Assembly: GCA_047947115.1 (NCBI GenBank)
Contig: CP170459.1
Location: 2,592,001 to 2,656,000, forward strand
Direction of reading: 5' to 3'
Origin: Verrucomicrobiota bacterium
Lineage (GTDB): Bacteria; Verrucomicrobiota; Verrucomicrobiia; Limisphaerales; AAA164-E04
Length of the DNA: 64,000 bases
Position 1 is the stretch's first letter. Every line of letters begins with the position of its first letter. Below the pieces are notes generated by a model, which was not told the DNA's origin, did no database searches, and was given only the letters and a program-made list of their open reading frames with translations. A program made the translations under genes and the position numbers. Of this stretch, positions 50,507 to 61,367 are shown one piece after another.

Positions 50507-53500
50507 ATGCAATCCATTCACCCAGTTTGTCCCGAGCGACATGCTTGCCGCATCCTATCGGGGTTCAGATTCCGAACTTTCCTTGATCTGGGGCTGGTTT
50601 TGTTGCTCCCAGTGGTGGTGGGGCTAAGTCCCGTTGTTTCCCGCGCAGCTTCTTTGGTGGTCAGTGAGATCATGGTTCAACAGGGGGTGCATGCTTTTGT
50701 TGATGAGGACAATGACGCCTCGGATTGGATTGAGATCTACAATGCATCCGGTCAAACGCAAAATCTGCTGAATTGGTCACTTTCCGATGACGCGAAAGAA
50801 CCACGGAAATGGGTGTTTCCTGATGTCGATCTGTTGTCCGGTCAATTCTTGGTGGTGTTCACTTCTGGCAAGGATTACCGTGATCCGAGTCAACCGCTGC
50901 ATACCAACTTCAGGCTTTCTTCAGGAAGGGAAGCGTTAGGTCTGTATGATCCAGAAAACCAATTCGTTTCGGGGTTTCCGGATGAGTATCCCAAACAACT
51001 CGAAGGCACCTCCTATGGTTTTCAACAGGACGGTGATTTCAAGAAGAACGATCAGACGACCTTCAAATACGCGATTCCGGAGAATGATGGAATGGATGCC
51101 GCGTGGAAGCGGAACAATTTCGATGACAGCGGATGGATGGATGGGGTGGGTGGGATCGGTTTTGACAGCAATTCCGGACGCGTTTTGTTGCCTTTGATCG
51201 ATACGGATGTTCAAGCCAAGATGAGATCGCAGAACTCGACCATTTATCTTCGTTATTCCATTTCAGTGAGTGAGCCTGATACGGTGGTGAAATTGAAATT
51301 AAACTTTGATGATGGGTGCGTATTATATTTGAACGGTCGACGTGTCTTGGCTCGGAACGAACCTGCCACTCTGGGGTGGAACGCACGTGCCAGTGGCAGC
51401 CGTACGGACGGCGAGGAATGGGTTCCTGAGTTTCTGACTCTCTCTTCAAGAGAAGGATTGAGGGTGGGGAATAACGTGCTGGCGGTGCATGGGTTGAACT
51501 TTCGTTCGACAGATCGGGATTTTCTTTTCCGGATGGAAATGGATCAATGGAGTCAGTTGGGAGATTTTTCTCTTGAACCAGGGTTCATTTCAGAACCGAG
51601 CCCGGGAGCTCCCAACGCCATTGTTTTTACCGATGCACTGAAAAAGCCGGAAGTCGGAGAAGAATCCAGAGTGTTTGAAGGTTCACTATCGGTGGCATTG
51701 TCGCATTCCAATCCCGAGGCTACCTTGCGATACACTTTGGATGGAAGCGCGCCGACCGAGCGGTCCACTTTATATGTTGGACCTATTCTGATGGATGCGT
51801 CCGCCCAACTTTCCGTACGGGCATTTCATCCAACCCTGGCTCCGAGCAAAATCGTTTCCAAATCATTCATTCAAGCCGATGCCGAGAGTTTGGCTTTCCA
51901 TTCGGATGTTCCTGTTGTGCTGTTGGACACGATGGGGGGACGAATTTCGGCGTCCAGTCGGACGCGGGCACTGATTCAATTGTTTGACCGCGGCGAAGAT
52001 GGACGTGCTCGCATTTCTGAAATTCCTGAATTCCAGGGAATGGCTTCAATCAAGGTGCGAGGCTCCAGCACCGAGGGGAGACCCAAAAAGGCCTATTCCA
52101 TGGAAATCCAGGATATTTATGGTAACGATCGGGATGTTTCCCTGCTTGGGATGCCTTCAGATTCGGATTGGATTCTTTATGCTCCTTACAATTTTGATCG
52201 AGCGTTGATTCGAAACGCCTTGATTTACGAGTTGAGCAATCAGCTGGGGAGATATGCCGTACGCACGCGGTTTTGTGAGGTGTATGTCAACTCCCGTGGG
52301 ACGGAATTGAATGATCGGGCCTATGTGGGGGTGTATGTGCTCATGGAAAAAATCAAGCGGGGCGCTGACCGGGTGGATATGGACAAGCTTTTGCGACGCC
52401 ACACCAAGGTGCCGGAAGTTTCCGGTGGATATATCCTGAAAATCGATCGACTGGACCCCGGGGATGTCGGTTTTAACGGCGGCGGCCAGCAATTGGCTTT
52501 TGTGGAACCCAAGGAGCAGGAGATTCAACCTGCTCAACGAGAGTTTCTGGTTGGATTTTTGAACGATATGAACCGGTCGTTGCGTGACCGGGATTTTACA
52601 AAAGCTGTTCCAGATTACGATGCCTATATCGATCAAGGTGCCTGGATCGATTTCCATATCCTCAATGAATTCACCAAGAATCCGGATGGATTTCGTTTAT
52701 CCACTTACATGCACCTGCCGCGCAATGGACGTCTGACATTTGGTCCTGTCTGGGATTTTGACCGCACCATGGGGCCGGATGATGACGGTCGTGCTGCCAA
52801 TCCAGTAGGCTGGTCCAGCGTATATCGTTTTGGTTGGTGGGCAACCCTCTTTCGGAATCCAAACTTTGCCCAGGCATACATTGACCGCTGGCAGGAGCTG
52901 AGGCGAGGGGTGATGTCGGTTGAAAACATGCATGCTGTGATTGATCGCATGGCCGGGGAACTGACCGAGTCGGCGGAAAGAAATGACGAAAAGTGGCGAT
53001 TGCTCAGGGATGTGGCAGCGTGGCAGGGTGAAATTCGCCAATTAAAAACCTGGGTCAAGAATCGTGCGGAATGGATGGACAGCCAATACACCTCTCCACC
53101 CAGATTTCAAACCGAACCCGGAGTTGTCGTTGGGAATGGGGCGGTCCAGGTCAGGCAGTCGGAAGGAAGGACTTATTACACGCTGGATGGTTCGGATCCT
53201 CGACTTCCTGGGGGTGGGATCGTTGCCAACGCCAAGGTGCTTTCAAGGGGAAGCATTTCATTGGAAATCGATGGTCCGACAAGGATCAATATGCGCTCAT
53301 TGGTGGATGATGATTGGAGTGGTATGGTGTCGGGTGTGTTTGCCACTCCTGAATTGCCTTCCCTTGCCATTTCGGAGATCATGTATCATCCCTCAGAAGA
53401 ACTGATTCCATTTGGCTATGGTGAGGAAGATTTTGAGTTTGTGGAAATCTTGAACCACGGTGATCAACCGGTTTTATTGGAAGGGATGGCCTTGAGTGAG

Positions 53501-54061
53501 GGGGTTGATTTCATATTTCCTTCGCACACCTTGGCAGCAGGCGATGCGGTCGTGGTCGCCGCCCAACCCGCGGCATTGCTTGTGCACAACCAGACTTTGG
53601 CCGGAAAAGTGTTGGGTCCTTATGAAGGACGGTTGGCCAATGGTGGAGAAATGATTGGGCTATCTGATGTTGCAGGGCGCCTGTTGGATCAGGTTCAGTT
53701 CGATGATGAGGAAGCCTGGCCTGAATCGGCGGACGGGCAGGGCAGCTCTCTGGAGCGCATCCGGTTTGATCTGGCGGATGCTTCAGCCTGGCGTGCGAGT
53801 CATGTTTTTGGAGGAAGCCCGGGGAAGGTGATTGTGGATCAAACCATCCCGGCAACCATTCAGTGGATGGCTGCGAACATTGTTCGGATTCGTTTTGAAG
53901 TCGGTGCGGGTGTGGTTTCGACGTTGATGAGCAAACCTGCCCTGGATGCCTCCGAGTGGGAGCCCTTGTTTCAGTGGGAGTCAATTGATCGCGCCGAGGC
54001 GCATCAAATCGAATTGGATACTACCGGTATGACTCGCTTTTTCCGGATCGTGACCCAATAA
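50507..54061 (+). CDS. CotH kinase family protein with lamin-tail and Fn3-associated domains
   Basis: SEIM/DWIEIYN lamin-tail domains; YTLDGS; RGSST, WILYAPY, GVYVLMEKI, GPVWDFD; ends RFFRIVTQ; likely start ATG 50507. Confidence 0.88.
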   Translation: MQSIHPVCPERHACRILSGFRFRTFLDLGLVLLLPVVVGLSPVVSRAASLVVSEIMVQQGVHAFVDEDNDASDWIEIYNASGQTQNLLNWSLSDDAKEPRKWVFPDVDLLSGQFLVVFTSGKDYRDPSQPLHTNFRLSSGREALGLYDPENQFVSGFPDEYPKQLEGTSYGFQQDGDFKKNDQTTFKYAIPENDGMDAAWKRNNFDDSGWMDGVGGIGFDSNSGRVLLPLIDTDVQAKMRSQNSTIYLRYSISVSEPDTVVKLKLNFDDGCVLYLNGRRVLARNEPATLGWNARASGSRTDGEEWVPEFLTLSSREGLRVGNNVLAVHGLNFRSTDRDFLFRMEMDQWSQLGDFSLEPGFISEPSPGAPNAIVFTDALKKPEVGEESRVFEGSLSVALSHSNPEATLRYTLDGSAPTERSTLYVGPILMDASAQLSVRAFHPTLAPSKIVSKSFIQADAESLAFHSDVPVVLLDTMGGRISASSRTRALIQLFDRGEDGRARISEIPEFQGMASIKVRGSSTEGRPKKAYSMEIQDIYGNDRDVSLLGMPSDSDWILYAPYNFDRALIRNALIYELSNQLGRYAVRTRFCEVYVNSRGTELNDRAYVGVYVLMEKIKRGADRVDMDKLLRRHTKVPEVSGGYILKIDRLDPGDVGFNGGGQQLAFVEPKEQEIQPAQREFLVGFLNDMNRSLRDRDFTKAVPDYDAYIDQGAWIDFHILNEFTKNPDGFRLSTYMHLPRNGRLTFGPVWDFDRTMGPDDDGRAANPVGWSSVYRFGWWATLFRNPNFAQAYIDRWQELRRGVMSVENMHAVIDRMAGELTESAERNDEKWRLLRDVAAWQGEIRQLKTWVKNRAEWMDSQYTSPPRFQTEPGVVVGNGAVQVRQSEGRTYYTLDGSDPRLPGGGIVANAKVLSRGSISLEIDGPTRINMRSLVDDDWSGMVSGVFATPELPSLAISEIMYHPSEELIPFGYGEEDFEFVEILNHGDQPVLLEGMALSEGVDFIFPSHTLAAGDAVVVAAQPAALLVHNQTLAGKVLGPYEGRLANGGEMIGLSDVAGRLLDQVQFDDEEAWPESADGQGSSLERIRFDLADASAWRASHVFGGSPGKVIVDQTIPATIQWMAANIVRIRFEVGAGVVSTLMSKPALDASEWEPLFQWESIDRAEAHQIELDTTGMTRFFRIVTQ

Positions 54062-54322
54062 GTTGAAACGGTTCAGGTGAGAATCCGCAAGAGCATATGC
54101 GGGATCCCTTCGTTGAAAAAGATGGAGGGGCAAGCTCCGTCTTGTGCCCACTTCAATCCTGATGGCATTCAATTGCTCGTTAATCTGTAATGGAAACGCC
54201 ACAGGTTGATGAACGCCCAGGACTACCCGCGTTCCACGTTATTTGTTTGGGAAAGTTATCGAGGACAAAGAATGGGTTCGGGGTGGAACCCGACCCTCCC
54301 ATGTTCATAAACTGAACTCCAC

Positions 54323-54361
54323 AAAAAGAAAAACGGCGGACGCTTTTAACACGTCCGCCGT
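54323..54361 (-). terminator. Rho-independent terminator of the cys operon
   Basis: 10-bp stem ACGGCGGACG/CGTCCGCCGT with a T-rich tail on the minus strand. Confidence 0.8.
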
Positions 54362-54389
54362 ATCAAGTTGCTTTTCCAATCTCCAAGAA

Positions 54390-55661
54390 TCAAACGATCA
54401 TACCCGCTGCGACCGTCGCATTGGTGGAATCGTCGATGAGGACGAAGCTTCCGGTTTGACGGTTGCGTTTGTAGGGGTCGTGGAGCAAGGGAGTGGAGGT
54501 GCGCATGGAAATGCGGGCAATATCGTTCAAACCGACTTCCAAATCATCTTCGACCTTGTGAAGTGTGTTCACGTTGACTTTGTATTTGACCTCTTTGAGA
54601 ATGCATTTTGCGTCACGTGTCGTGTGACGGATGCTGTATTTTTTCCCAAGCTGCAATTTGGCGCTATCTGAAAACCAACAGATCATGGCGTCAATATCCT
54701 GTTCCACTCTGGGCGGGTTGTTTTGTTTGACGATCATGTCACCCCGGCTGATATCGATCTCATCTTCCAGGGTGATGGTCACCGACATCGGGGCGAAGGC
54801 TTCATCCACTTCTCCTTCGAAGGTGTGGATGGCCTTGATTTTGGAGCGGAACCCGGATGGTTGTACGGTGATCTCGTCTCCCTTCTTGAACACCCCGCCG
54901 GCCACGCGACCGGAAAATCCTCTGAAGTCATGGTATTCCTTGCTTTGCGGCCGGATCACCCACTGAACAGGGAAGCGTGCATCCACATGGTTGAATTCGT
55001 TGCCGACAAACACATTTTCAAGTGTGTAGAGAAGGGTGCCTCCCTGATACCAGGGCATCGCCGTGGATTTGTCCACAACATTGTCACCATGAAGAGCACT
55101 GATGGGGATGAAATCGATGTGGGGGATGTCCAGGCGTGATGAAAAGTCTTTGTAATCTTTGACGATTGAACGAAAAATCTCTTCCTTGTAATCAACCAAA
55201 TCCATTTTGTTCACCGCGACGATGACATGTTGAATCTGCAGCAGAGAAGCAATGAATGAATGTCGGCAGGTTTGTTCGATGACGCCTTTGCGGGCGTCCA
55301 CCAGAATGATCGCAAGACTCGCGGTGGAAGCTCCCGTCACCATGTTGCGGGTGTACTGGATGTGTCCCGGGGTGTCGGCGATGATGAATTTGCGTTTCGG
55401 GGTGGCGAAGTAACGGTAGGCGACATCGATGGTGATGCCTTGTTCGCGTTCCGCGCGCAGACCATCGGTCAGCAGGGCCAGGTTCACTATTTCATCACCC
55501 CGTTTCTTGCTGGATGCTTCCACGGCTTCCAATTGATCTTCAAAGATGGATTTGCTGTCGTAGAGCAGTCGACCGATCAATGTGCTTTTGCCGTCGTCCA
55601 CGCTTCCGGCTGTGGTGAAGCGCAGGAGGTCCATGTCGAGATAACCTTTTTCAGTAGTCAT
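54390..55661 (-). CDS. cysN: Sulfate adenylyltransferase subunit 1
   Basis: GSVDDGKSTLIGRLL, REQGITIDVAY, DTPGH, NKMD. Confidence 0.95.
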   Translation of the reverse strand: MTTEKGYLDMDLLRFTTAGSVDDGKSTLIGRLLYDSKSIFEDQLEAVEASSKKRGDEIVNLALLTDGLRAEREQGITIDVAYRYFATPKRKFIIADTPGHIQYTRNMVTGASTASLAIILVDARKGVIEQTCRHSFIASLLQIQHVIVAVNKMDLVDYKEEIFRSIVKDYKDFSSRLDIPHIDFIPISALHGDNVVDKSTAMPWYQGGTLLYTLENVFVGNEFNHVDARFPVQWVIRPQSKEYHDFRGFSGRVAGGVFKKGDEITVQPSGFRSKIKAIHTFEGEVDEAFAPMSVTITLEDEIDISRGDMIVKQNNPPRVEQDIDAMICWFSDSAKLQLGKKYSIRHTTRDAKCILKEVKYKVNVNTLHKVEDDLEVGLNDIARISMRTSTPLLHDPYKRNRQTGSFVLIDDSTNATVAAGMIV

Positions 55662-55706
55662 GTTAGAATTGAAATATTTTTGGGTTCAATGGCTGTGTGG
55701 ATCGGC

Positions 55707-56615
55707 CTAGAAATATCCGTCTTTTTTGCGATCTTCCATGGCGGTTTCCGAACGTTTGTCATCGACGCGGCCTCCGCGTTCGGTGACACGGGCGGCGGCG
55801 ACTTCGGCGATGATGTCATCCACGTTGCGGGCAGGTGATGCGACCACCCCCGTGCAGGTCATGTCTCCAACGGTGCGGCAACGCACGATCATTTTTTCAA
55901 CCACTTCATCGGCCCCCAAGGTCAGGAACTCCGAATTCGCCAGGTAGAGACCGTTGCGGTGAACGACTTCCCGTTCGTGGCTGAAGTAAATGGACGGTAA
56001 CGCCAGCTCTTCCAGTTTGATGTATTGCCAGACATCCATTTCTGTCCAGTTGCTCAAAGGGAAAACGCGGAAGTGTTCCCCGATGTGCATCTTGCCGTTG
56101 AATAGATTCCAGAGTTCCGGGCGCTGGTTTTTGGGATCCCATTGGCCAAATTCATTTCGGTGTGAGAAGAAACGTTCCTTTGCCCTGGCCTTTTCCTCGT
56201 CGCGACGTGCTCCTCCCAGTGCGGCCGAGAATTGAAATTCTTCCAGCGCATCGAGCAGGGTGACCGTTTGCAGGGAATTGCGACTGGCGTTGGGGCCTTT
56301 TTCTTCGGTGGCACGTCCTTTGTCGATGGATTCCTGGACGGTGCGGACGATGAGGTTGGCTCCCAGTTCTGCCACCAGGCGATCCCGGAACTCCAGGGTC
56401 TCCGGAAAGTTGTGTCCCGTGTCAATGTGCATGAGTGGGAACGGGAGTTTGGCCGGATGAAACGCCTTCTGTGCCAGGCGAAGCATCACGATGGAATCTT
56501 TTCCTCCCGAGAAAAGGAGTACGGGTTTTTCAAACTGAGCCGCCACTTCTCGCATGATGAAAATGGCTTCGGCTTCCAGAGACTTTAAATGAGTGAGTCG
56601 GTAGCTTTGATGCAT
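55707..56615 (-). CDS. cysD: Sulfate adenylyltransferase subunit 2
   Basis: FSGGKDS, GGARRDEEKARAKER, QRPELW, MEDRKKDGYF. Confidence 0.95.
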   Translation of the reverse strand: MHQSYRLTHLKSLEAEAIFIMREVAAQFEKPVLLFSGGKDSIVMLRLAQKAFHPAKLPFPLMHIDTGHNFPETLEFRDRLVAELGANLIVRTVQESIDKGRATEEKGPNASRNSLQTVTLLDALEEFQFSAALGGARRDEEKARAKERFFSHRNEFGQWDPKNQRPELWNLFNGKMHIGEHFRVFPLSNWTEMDVWQYIKLEELALPSIYFSHEREVVHRNGLYLANSEFLTLGADEVVEKMIVRCRTVGDMTCTGVVASPARNVDDIIAEVAAARVTERGGRVDDKRSETAMEDRKKDGYF

Positions 56616-56656
56616 GTGGATGTGAGTGTTTTGGTGTGTTGTGAAAATAATGGATG

Positions 56657-56719
56657 TTAGCTTTTAGTTGTTAGCTTTTAGTCGTTAGCTTTTAGCTTTT
56701 GGTTTTTGGCTGTTGGCTT
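56657..56719. repeat. Nine tandem heptamers (TTAGCTT-like) overlapping the cysC stop
   Basis: ttagctt ttagttg ttagctt ttagtcg ttagctt ttagctt ttggttt ttggctg ttggctt. Confidence 0.75.
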
Positions 56720-57313
56720 AATGCGTGCCATGGTAAATGCGTTCAGTTCCTTCAGGCATGCTTCCTCACTTTGTTTGTCCGTGTCCAGTACCAGAGCCGC
56801 CGGGTGTGCGTCGTCCGGTGGTTCGAAGGAAGAATCCCTTCCTGTGAAATGTTTGATGGTTCCGGCCTTGGCTTTTGCGTAGAGGCCTTTGACATCCCGT
56901 TTTTCGCAGGTTTCAAACGAACAGGTGACAAATATTTCATGGAAATCATCTTCTCCAATGATCTCTCGTGCCATGGCTCTCAAGGTTTGCTTTGGTGTGA
57001 TGAAGGAAGTGATGGTCACGATGCCGGCATGCGCAAACAGTTTGGCAACTTCGGCAATGCGTCGAATGTTCTCCAGCCGGTCCTCATCCGAGAAACCCAG
57101 ACCTTTGTTGAGTCCTGTCCTGATGTTGTCGCCGTCCAGAAGTTGGGTCATGATCCCTTCTGAATGCAATTGCTTCTCCAATGCGGTCGCCAAAGTGCTT
57201 TTGCCGGCTCCTGACAATCCATACAACCACAACACACAGCCTTTCTGATTCAACAATTTCTCCTTGCTGGAGCGGTCGAGTACCTGATCGAAAATGGGAT
57301 GAATGTTTTCCAT
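56678..57313 (-). CDS. cysC: Adenylyl-sulfate kinase
   Basis: GLSGAGKST, LDGDNIR, ENIRR, RDVKGLY; likely start ATG 57313. Confidence 0.95.
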   Translation of the reverse strand: MENIHPIFDQVLDRSSKEKLLNQKGCVLWLYGLSGAGKSTLATALEKQLHSEGIMTQLLDGDNIRTGLNKGLGFSDEDRLENIRRIAEVAKLFAHAGIVTITSFITPKQTLRAMAREIIGEDDFHEIFVTCSFETCEKRDVKGLYAKAKAGTIKHFTGRDSSFEPPDDAHPAALVLDTDKQSEEACLKELNAFTMARIKPTAKNQKLKAND

Positions 57314-57371
57314 TAATTTTTTGGATGTGATGTGTGATATGTGGAGGATTCTCTGTGAAAATGCATGGAGT

Positions 57372-58106
57372 TCAGATACTGAAATCACTGGATGCGCTTT
57401 CATGCAAACCGCATTCGCGTTTCAATCCGAAAAACCTGGCTTCTTCTTCGGTCATGCCGGCGTCAACACGTTTGGTGGTGTGAGTGTCGCCGATGCTCAG
57501 GTAACCTTCATGCCAGAGCGGATGATACGGCAAGTCGTGCTTGACGAGATAATCATAAACATCCTTGCTGGACCAATCGACGATGGGATGAATCTTCAGG
57601 TAAACATCGTCCACAGCCAGAATATTCAGCTTTTTACGGCTTGAGCTTTGCTCACGCCGCAATCCAGCCAGCCATGCTTTGGGTTTTAATTCCTTGAGCG
57701 CCCGTCGCATGGGTTCCACCTTGTTCATGACGTTGTAAGCAGTGATCCCGTCCAGACCTTTTTCCCACAATTTTCCATACCGGGCCTCCTGCCAGGCTGG
57801 GCTCATTTCTGCCCGGAACACCTTCAAATTCAGTTTGAGACGTTCGGTCATTTCGTCGATGAACTTGTAGGTCTCCGGAAACAAATAACCTGTGTCCACC
57901 AGGATCACCCTGATGTCGGGGAACTGGCTGGTGGCCATGTGCAGTGAGACCGCTGCCTGTGCTCCAAAACTGGAAGAAAGCACCAAATCGTTGGTGAAAT
58001 ATTTCACTGCCCAGGCGACGCGTTCCTCCGCGCTCAGTGCTTCCAGTCTGGCGTTCTCTTCTGCCAGATTCAGCCCGTGCAATTGCCCGTTCGTGTTGGT
58101 AGACAT
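57372..58106 (-). CDS. cysH: Phosphoadenylyl-sulfate (PAPS) reductase
   Basis: SSSFG, DTGYLF, KVEPM, GYLSIGD, ECGLH; lacks the CC...CxxC Fe-S motif, consistent with the PAPS type; likely start ATG 58106. Confidence 0.92.
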   Translation of the reverse strand: MSTNTNGQLHGLNLAEENARLEALSAEERVAWAVKYFTNDLVLSSSFGAQAAVSLHMATSQFPDIRVILVDTGYLFPETYKFIDEMTERLKLNLKVFRAEMSPAWQEARYGKLWEKGLDGITAYNVMNKVEPMRRALKELKPKAWLAGLRREQSSSRKKLNILAVDDVYLKIHPIVDWSSKDVYDYLVKHDLPYHPLWHEGYLSIGDTHTTKRVDAGMTEEEARFFGLKRECGLHESASSDFSI

Positions 58107-58149
58107 AAGGTGATGACGGATTTCTGCGGCCGAGTGGCCACCATCCGAT

Positions 58150-59832
58150 TTATTCCTTTCCGGCGCTTTCCAGTTCAGGCCAGAGCACACGTGCGCTCCA
58201 GTCGCCAAAGCGTTCATCACCCTCGCGTTCCTGCTGGAAACGCTTGAGTATCTTGCCGAGAGTTTCGTCCATGTCCGCGTCCTTGACGCTTTCCAGGTAA
58301 ACTTTGTTCAAGCGGGTTCCCGCTTCGTTTCCACCCACGTAAACGTTGTATTTGCCCGGAGCACGGCCGACAAATCCAAGTTCTGCCATGTAGGGGCGCG
58401 CACATCCGTTTGGGCAGCCTGTCATGCGAATGATGATTTCTTCCTGAGGAATGCCCGCTTCTCCGAGTTGATTTTCAATGCGGTCAATCAAACCAGGAAG
58501 ATAGCGTTCCGATTCTGCAAGAGCCAATCCACAGGTGGGTAGAGCAGGGCAGGCCATGGTGGCGCTACGGACGGGGGATTTTTCATGGGTGGTCGGCACA
58601 CCATGATCCTTCATGATTTGGTTGATGGCATCGACCGCGTCTGAAGGGATGTTGACCAGCAACATGTTTTGGGACGGAGTCAATCGAACTTCCACTCCAT
58701 ATGTGTCCACGACTTTGCGGACAGCTGTTTTCAGCTGTATGGATTCGGTGTCTTTGATGCGGCCTGTTTCGACAAACAATCCGAGGAAATGATTGCCATC
58801 CGCCTGCTGATGCCATCCGAAGCGATCGCCCTGACGGGAGAACTCAAACGGTTTGGCGTCTTCGAGATTGAAACCTAATCTGGATTCCAATTCTTTGCGG
58901 AACCAGGCCACGCCCTTTTCTTCGAGAACGTATTTCAGTCGGGCGTGCTTGCGGTCGGTGCGGTCACCAAAGTCACGATGGATGGTTAAAACACTCTTGG
59001 CGACGTCTTCCACTTGATCTCTGGTGAGGTAGCCGATGACATCCGCCTTGCGTGGAAAAGTGTTGGGATTGTTGTGGCTCATTCCCAATCCACCTCCAAC
59101 AGTCAGATTGTAACCAGTCAACTTGTCACCTTCGGATATGGCGACAAACCCAAGGCAATTGGTGAACAGATCCACATCATTCAAGGGGGGCATGGCGAAG
59201 GCAGCCTTAAACTTGCGGGGCAAGTAAGTTTTGCCATAGAGCGGATCGTGATGATTTTTGTGCTCCTGAATATTCAATTGCACGCCTTCCACCCAGATGG
59301 CGTGGTAAGACGGCGTGGTGGGCAACAGGGCATTGGACAATAATTCCGAATCTTCATGGACTTGGTGCATCCAAGGTTCTGTGGCCGGGGTGGGTGGAGC
59401 CATCACGTTGCGGTTGACATCACCGCAGGCCGCCAGAGTGGTCATCAGAGCGTCATTGATGGATTTCATCAATGGTCCCAGCCCGGACTTCACCACGCCG
59501 TGGAATTGGATGCTTTGGCGTGAAGTCAGTCGAAGCGTATTGTTTCCATATTTGGTGGCCAGGTCATCATACACCTTGTAATGATCGGCTTTCATGATCC
59601 CGCTTGGAATGCGGCCACGAATCATGAACATGTATTTTTTGCCGGTCTTGCGCAGGTCTCGATCGTCCTGCTGGTAAATGCCGTGAAACTTCAGGAATTG
59701 TCCATCATCATTGGAAAAACAATCCGCGTCCGGGTCATTCAGCGTTTCCGCCAGATTTCCAGCAAGGATGGGATCGTTTTCTTTCAGGACCTCGTTATGT
59801 GAAAGCTTATTCTCTGGTGTTGAGTCAATCAT
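58150..59832 (-). CDS. cysI: Assimilatory sulfite reductase hemoprotein
   Basis: [40 protein letters not shown]. Confidence 0.92.
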   Translation of the reverse strand: MIDSTPENKLSHNEVLKENDPILAGNLAETLNDPDADCFSNDDGQFLKFHGIYQQDDRDLRKTGKKYMFMIRGRIPSGIMKADHYKVYDDLATKYGNNTLRLTSRQSIQFHGVVKSGLGPLMKSINDALMTTLAACGDVNRNVMAPPTPATEPWMHQVHEDSELLSNALLPTTPSYHAIWVEGVQLNIQEHKNHHDPLYGKTYLPRKFKAAFAMPPLNDVDLFTNCLGFVAISEGDKLTGYNLTVGGGLGMSHNNPNTFPRKADVIGYLTRDQVEDVAKSVLTIHRDFGDRTDRKHARLKYVLEEKGVAWFRKELESRLGFNLEDAKPFEFSRQGDRFGWHQQADGNHFLGLFVETGRIKDTESIQLKTAVRKVVDTYGVEVRLTPSQNMLLVNIPSDAVDAINQIMKDHGVPTTHEKSPVRSATMACPALPTCGLALAESERYLPGLIDRIENQLGEAGIPQEEIIIRMTGCPNGCARPYMAELGFVGRAPGKYNVYVGGNEAGTRLNKVYLESVKDADMDETLGKILKRFQQEREGDERFGDWSARVLWPELESAGKE

Positions 59833-60024
59833 AAGTAAATTACCTTTCTTAATTAGGTATGCTTGAGTATAAATGTCAATCTAAAGCTGCAAGTTTTTTT
59901 TAAAAAGAGAGCTTGCCAATCCAACTTGGCATGCATACTTTCTTCGTTCCTCTTTTGCGGGGGACAAAATTAAACAAGACCCGTTCGCCTTTGCGAGGCG
60001 AAAATGAAACAGTTGTTATTTAAT

Positions 60025-60303
60025 ATGGTAAAGATCCGTTTAAAGCGCATGGGCGCAAAAAATCATCCGGTTTACCGCGTTGTTGCGGCCGACAGCCGCA
60101 GTCCCAGAGATGGCAAATGCATTGAGGAGTTGGGTACATACCACCCTTCTCGTGCCGGACAAAAATTCAGTTTGAAGATGGATCGCGTGGACCACTGGTT
60201 GGCATGCGGGGCTCAGCCTTCCGATACTGTCGCCAGTTTTATCCGTAAAACGCGCAAAGCAGCCAAGGAAGCCGAGACCGCCGAGGCAACCGCTACGGCG
60301 TAA
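60025..60303 (+). CDS. rpsP: 30S ribosomal protein S16
   Basis: [10 protein letters not shown]...[14 protein letters not shown]...GAQPSDTV. Confidence 0.95.
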   Translation: MVKIRLKRMGAKNHPVYRVVAADSRSPRDGKCIEELGTYHPSRAGQKFSLKMDRVDHWLACGAQPSDTVASFIRKTRKAAKEAETAEATATA

Positions 60304-60337
60304 GGGCAAATCCACAGGTTTCCCATCAGGTTTATTT

Positions 60338-60577
60338 ATGTTGAAATATGTGCAGTTTGTGTTGAACGGATTGGTTGAAAATCCGGAAGCAATGCAGATC
60401 GAAACAGAGGAAAAGGAAGGACTTACCGTCTACAAGGTGAAACTCCATTCCGAAGACATGGGGAAAGTGATTGGCAAGCAAGGCAACACGATCAATGCTA
60501 TTCGTGGTCTTTTGCAAGCCGGAAGCGCCAAAGCCAGCACGCGTTGCGTTCTGGAGGTTTCGGAATTGGAAGCCTGA
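60338..60577 (+). CDS. khpA: KH-domain RNA-binding protein (KhpA/YlqC-like)
   Basis: DMGKVIGKQGNTINAIR; canonical position after rpsP. Confidence 0.88.
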   Translation: MLKYVQFVLNGLVENPEAMQIETEEKEGLTVYKVKLHSEDMGKVIGKQGNTINAIRGLLQAGSAKASTRCVLEVSELEA

Positions 60578-60647
60578 CCTGTGATCGGGGAAGGGGGTAT
60601 GCTCTCTTTCGTGGTTAGAATAAATCCACGGTGGTTCTGGAAGACTC

Positions 60648-61337
60648 ATGAGGGTAGACATCATTACGCTGTTTCCCGAAATGTTCGTGGGACCACTGAA
60701 TGAAAGCATCCTTAAGCGGGCCCAGAACAAGGGGCTGGTGGATCTGAGGATCCACTGTCTGAGAGATTTTACAAAGGATCGCCACCGTACGGTGGACGAT
60801 CGACCGTTTGGGGGCGGGCCAGGTATGGTCCTGAAGCCTGAACCGGTGTTTGACGCAGTCGAAAGCCTCCGTCAACCGGAGACAAGGGTGCTGATGATGG
60901 CTCCTTCGGGGAGGCCGTTCAAACAGGCCGATGCGTTTGAGTTGGCGAAATGCCCGCACTTGGTCTTGTTGTGCGGCAGCTATGAGGGTTTTGACGAGCG
61001 CATAAGGGAGGCGATTGTAGACGATGCCTTCTCCATTGGGGACTATGTTCTCACCAACGGAGCTTTGCCGGCCATGGTCATCGTCGATTGTATTTGCCGG
61101 TTGGTGCCCGGAGTGCTGGGGGATGCGGAAAGTGCCGGAGAGGAGTCTTTCAGTCATGGAATGCTGGAATACCCCCATTACACGCGTCCTTATTCCTTCA
61201 GGGGAATGAAAGTGCCCGACGTTTTAATGTCGGGAAATCATGCCGCCATCGCCAAATGGCGTCATGAGAAGGCGGTGGAGCGAACCAAAGCGCTTCGACC
61301 GGATTTGGTAGAAAAATTTGAAATGAACGGGGACTGA
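60648..61337 (+). CDS. trmD: tRNA (guanine-N1)-methyltransferase
   Basis: VDDRPFGGGPGM, CGSYEGFDER, SIGDYVL, LEYPHYTRP. Confidence 0.96.
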   Translation: MRVDIITLFPEMFVGPLNESILKRAQNKGLVDLRIHCLRDFTKDRHRTVDDRPFGGGPGMVLKPEPVFDAVESLRQPETRVLMMAPSGRPFKQADAFELAKCPHLVLLCGSYEGFDERIREAIVDDAFSIGDYVLTNGALPAMVIVDCICRLVPGVLGDAESAGEESFSHGMLEYPHYTRPYSFRGMKVPDVLMSGNHAAIAKWRHEKAVERTKALRPDLVEKFEMNGD

Positions 61338-61367
61338 GATCCCTGTAATGAAAAAGCACACTGTTGT

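Noticed and set aside
58150..59832. Absence of cysJ as a novelty
   Set aside because: The flavoprotein may be encoded elsewhere or replaced by ferredoxin; this is common and cannot be judged from this window.
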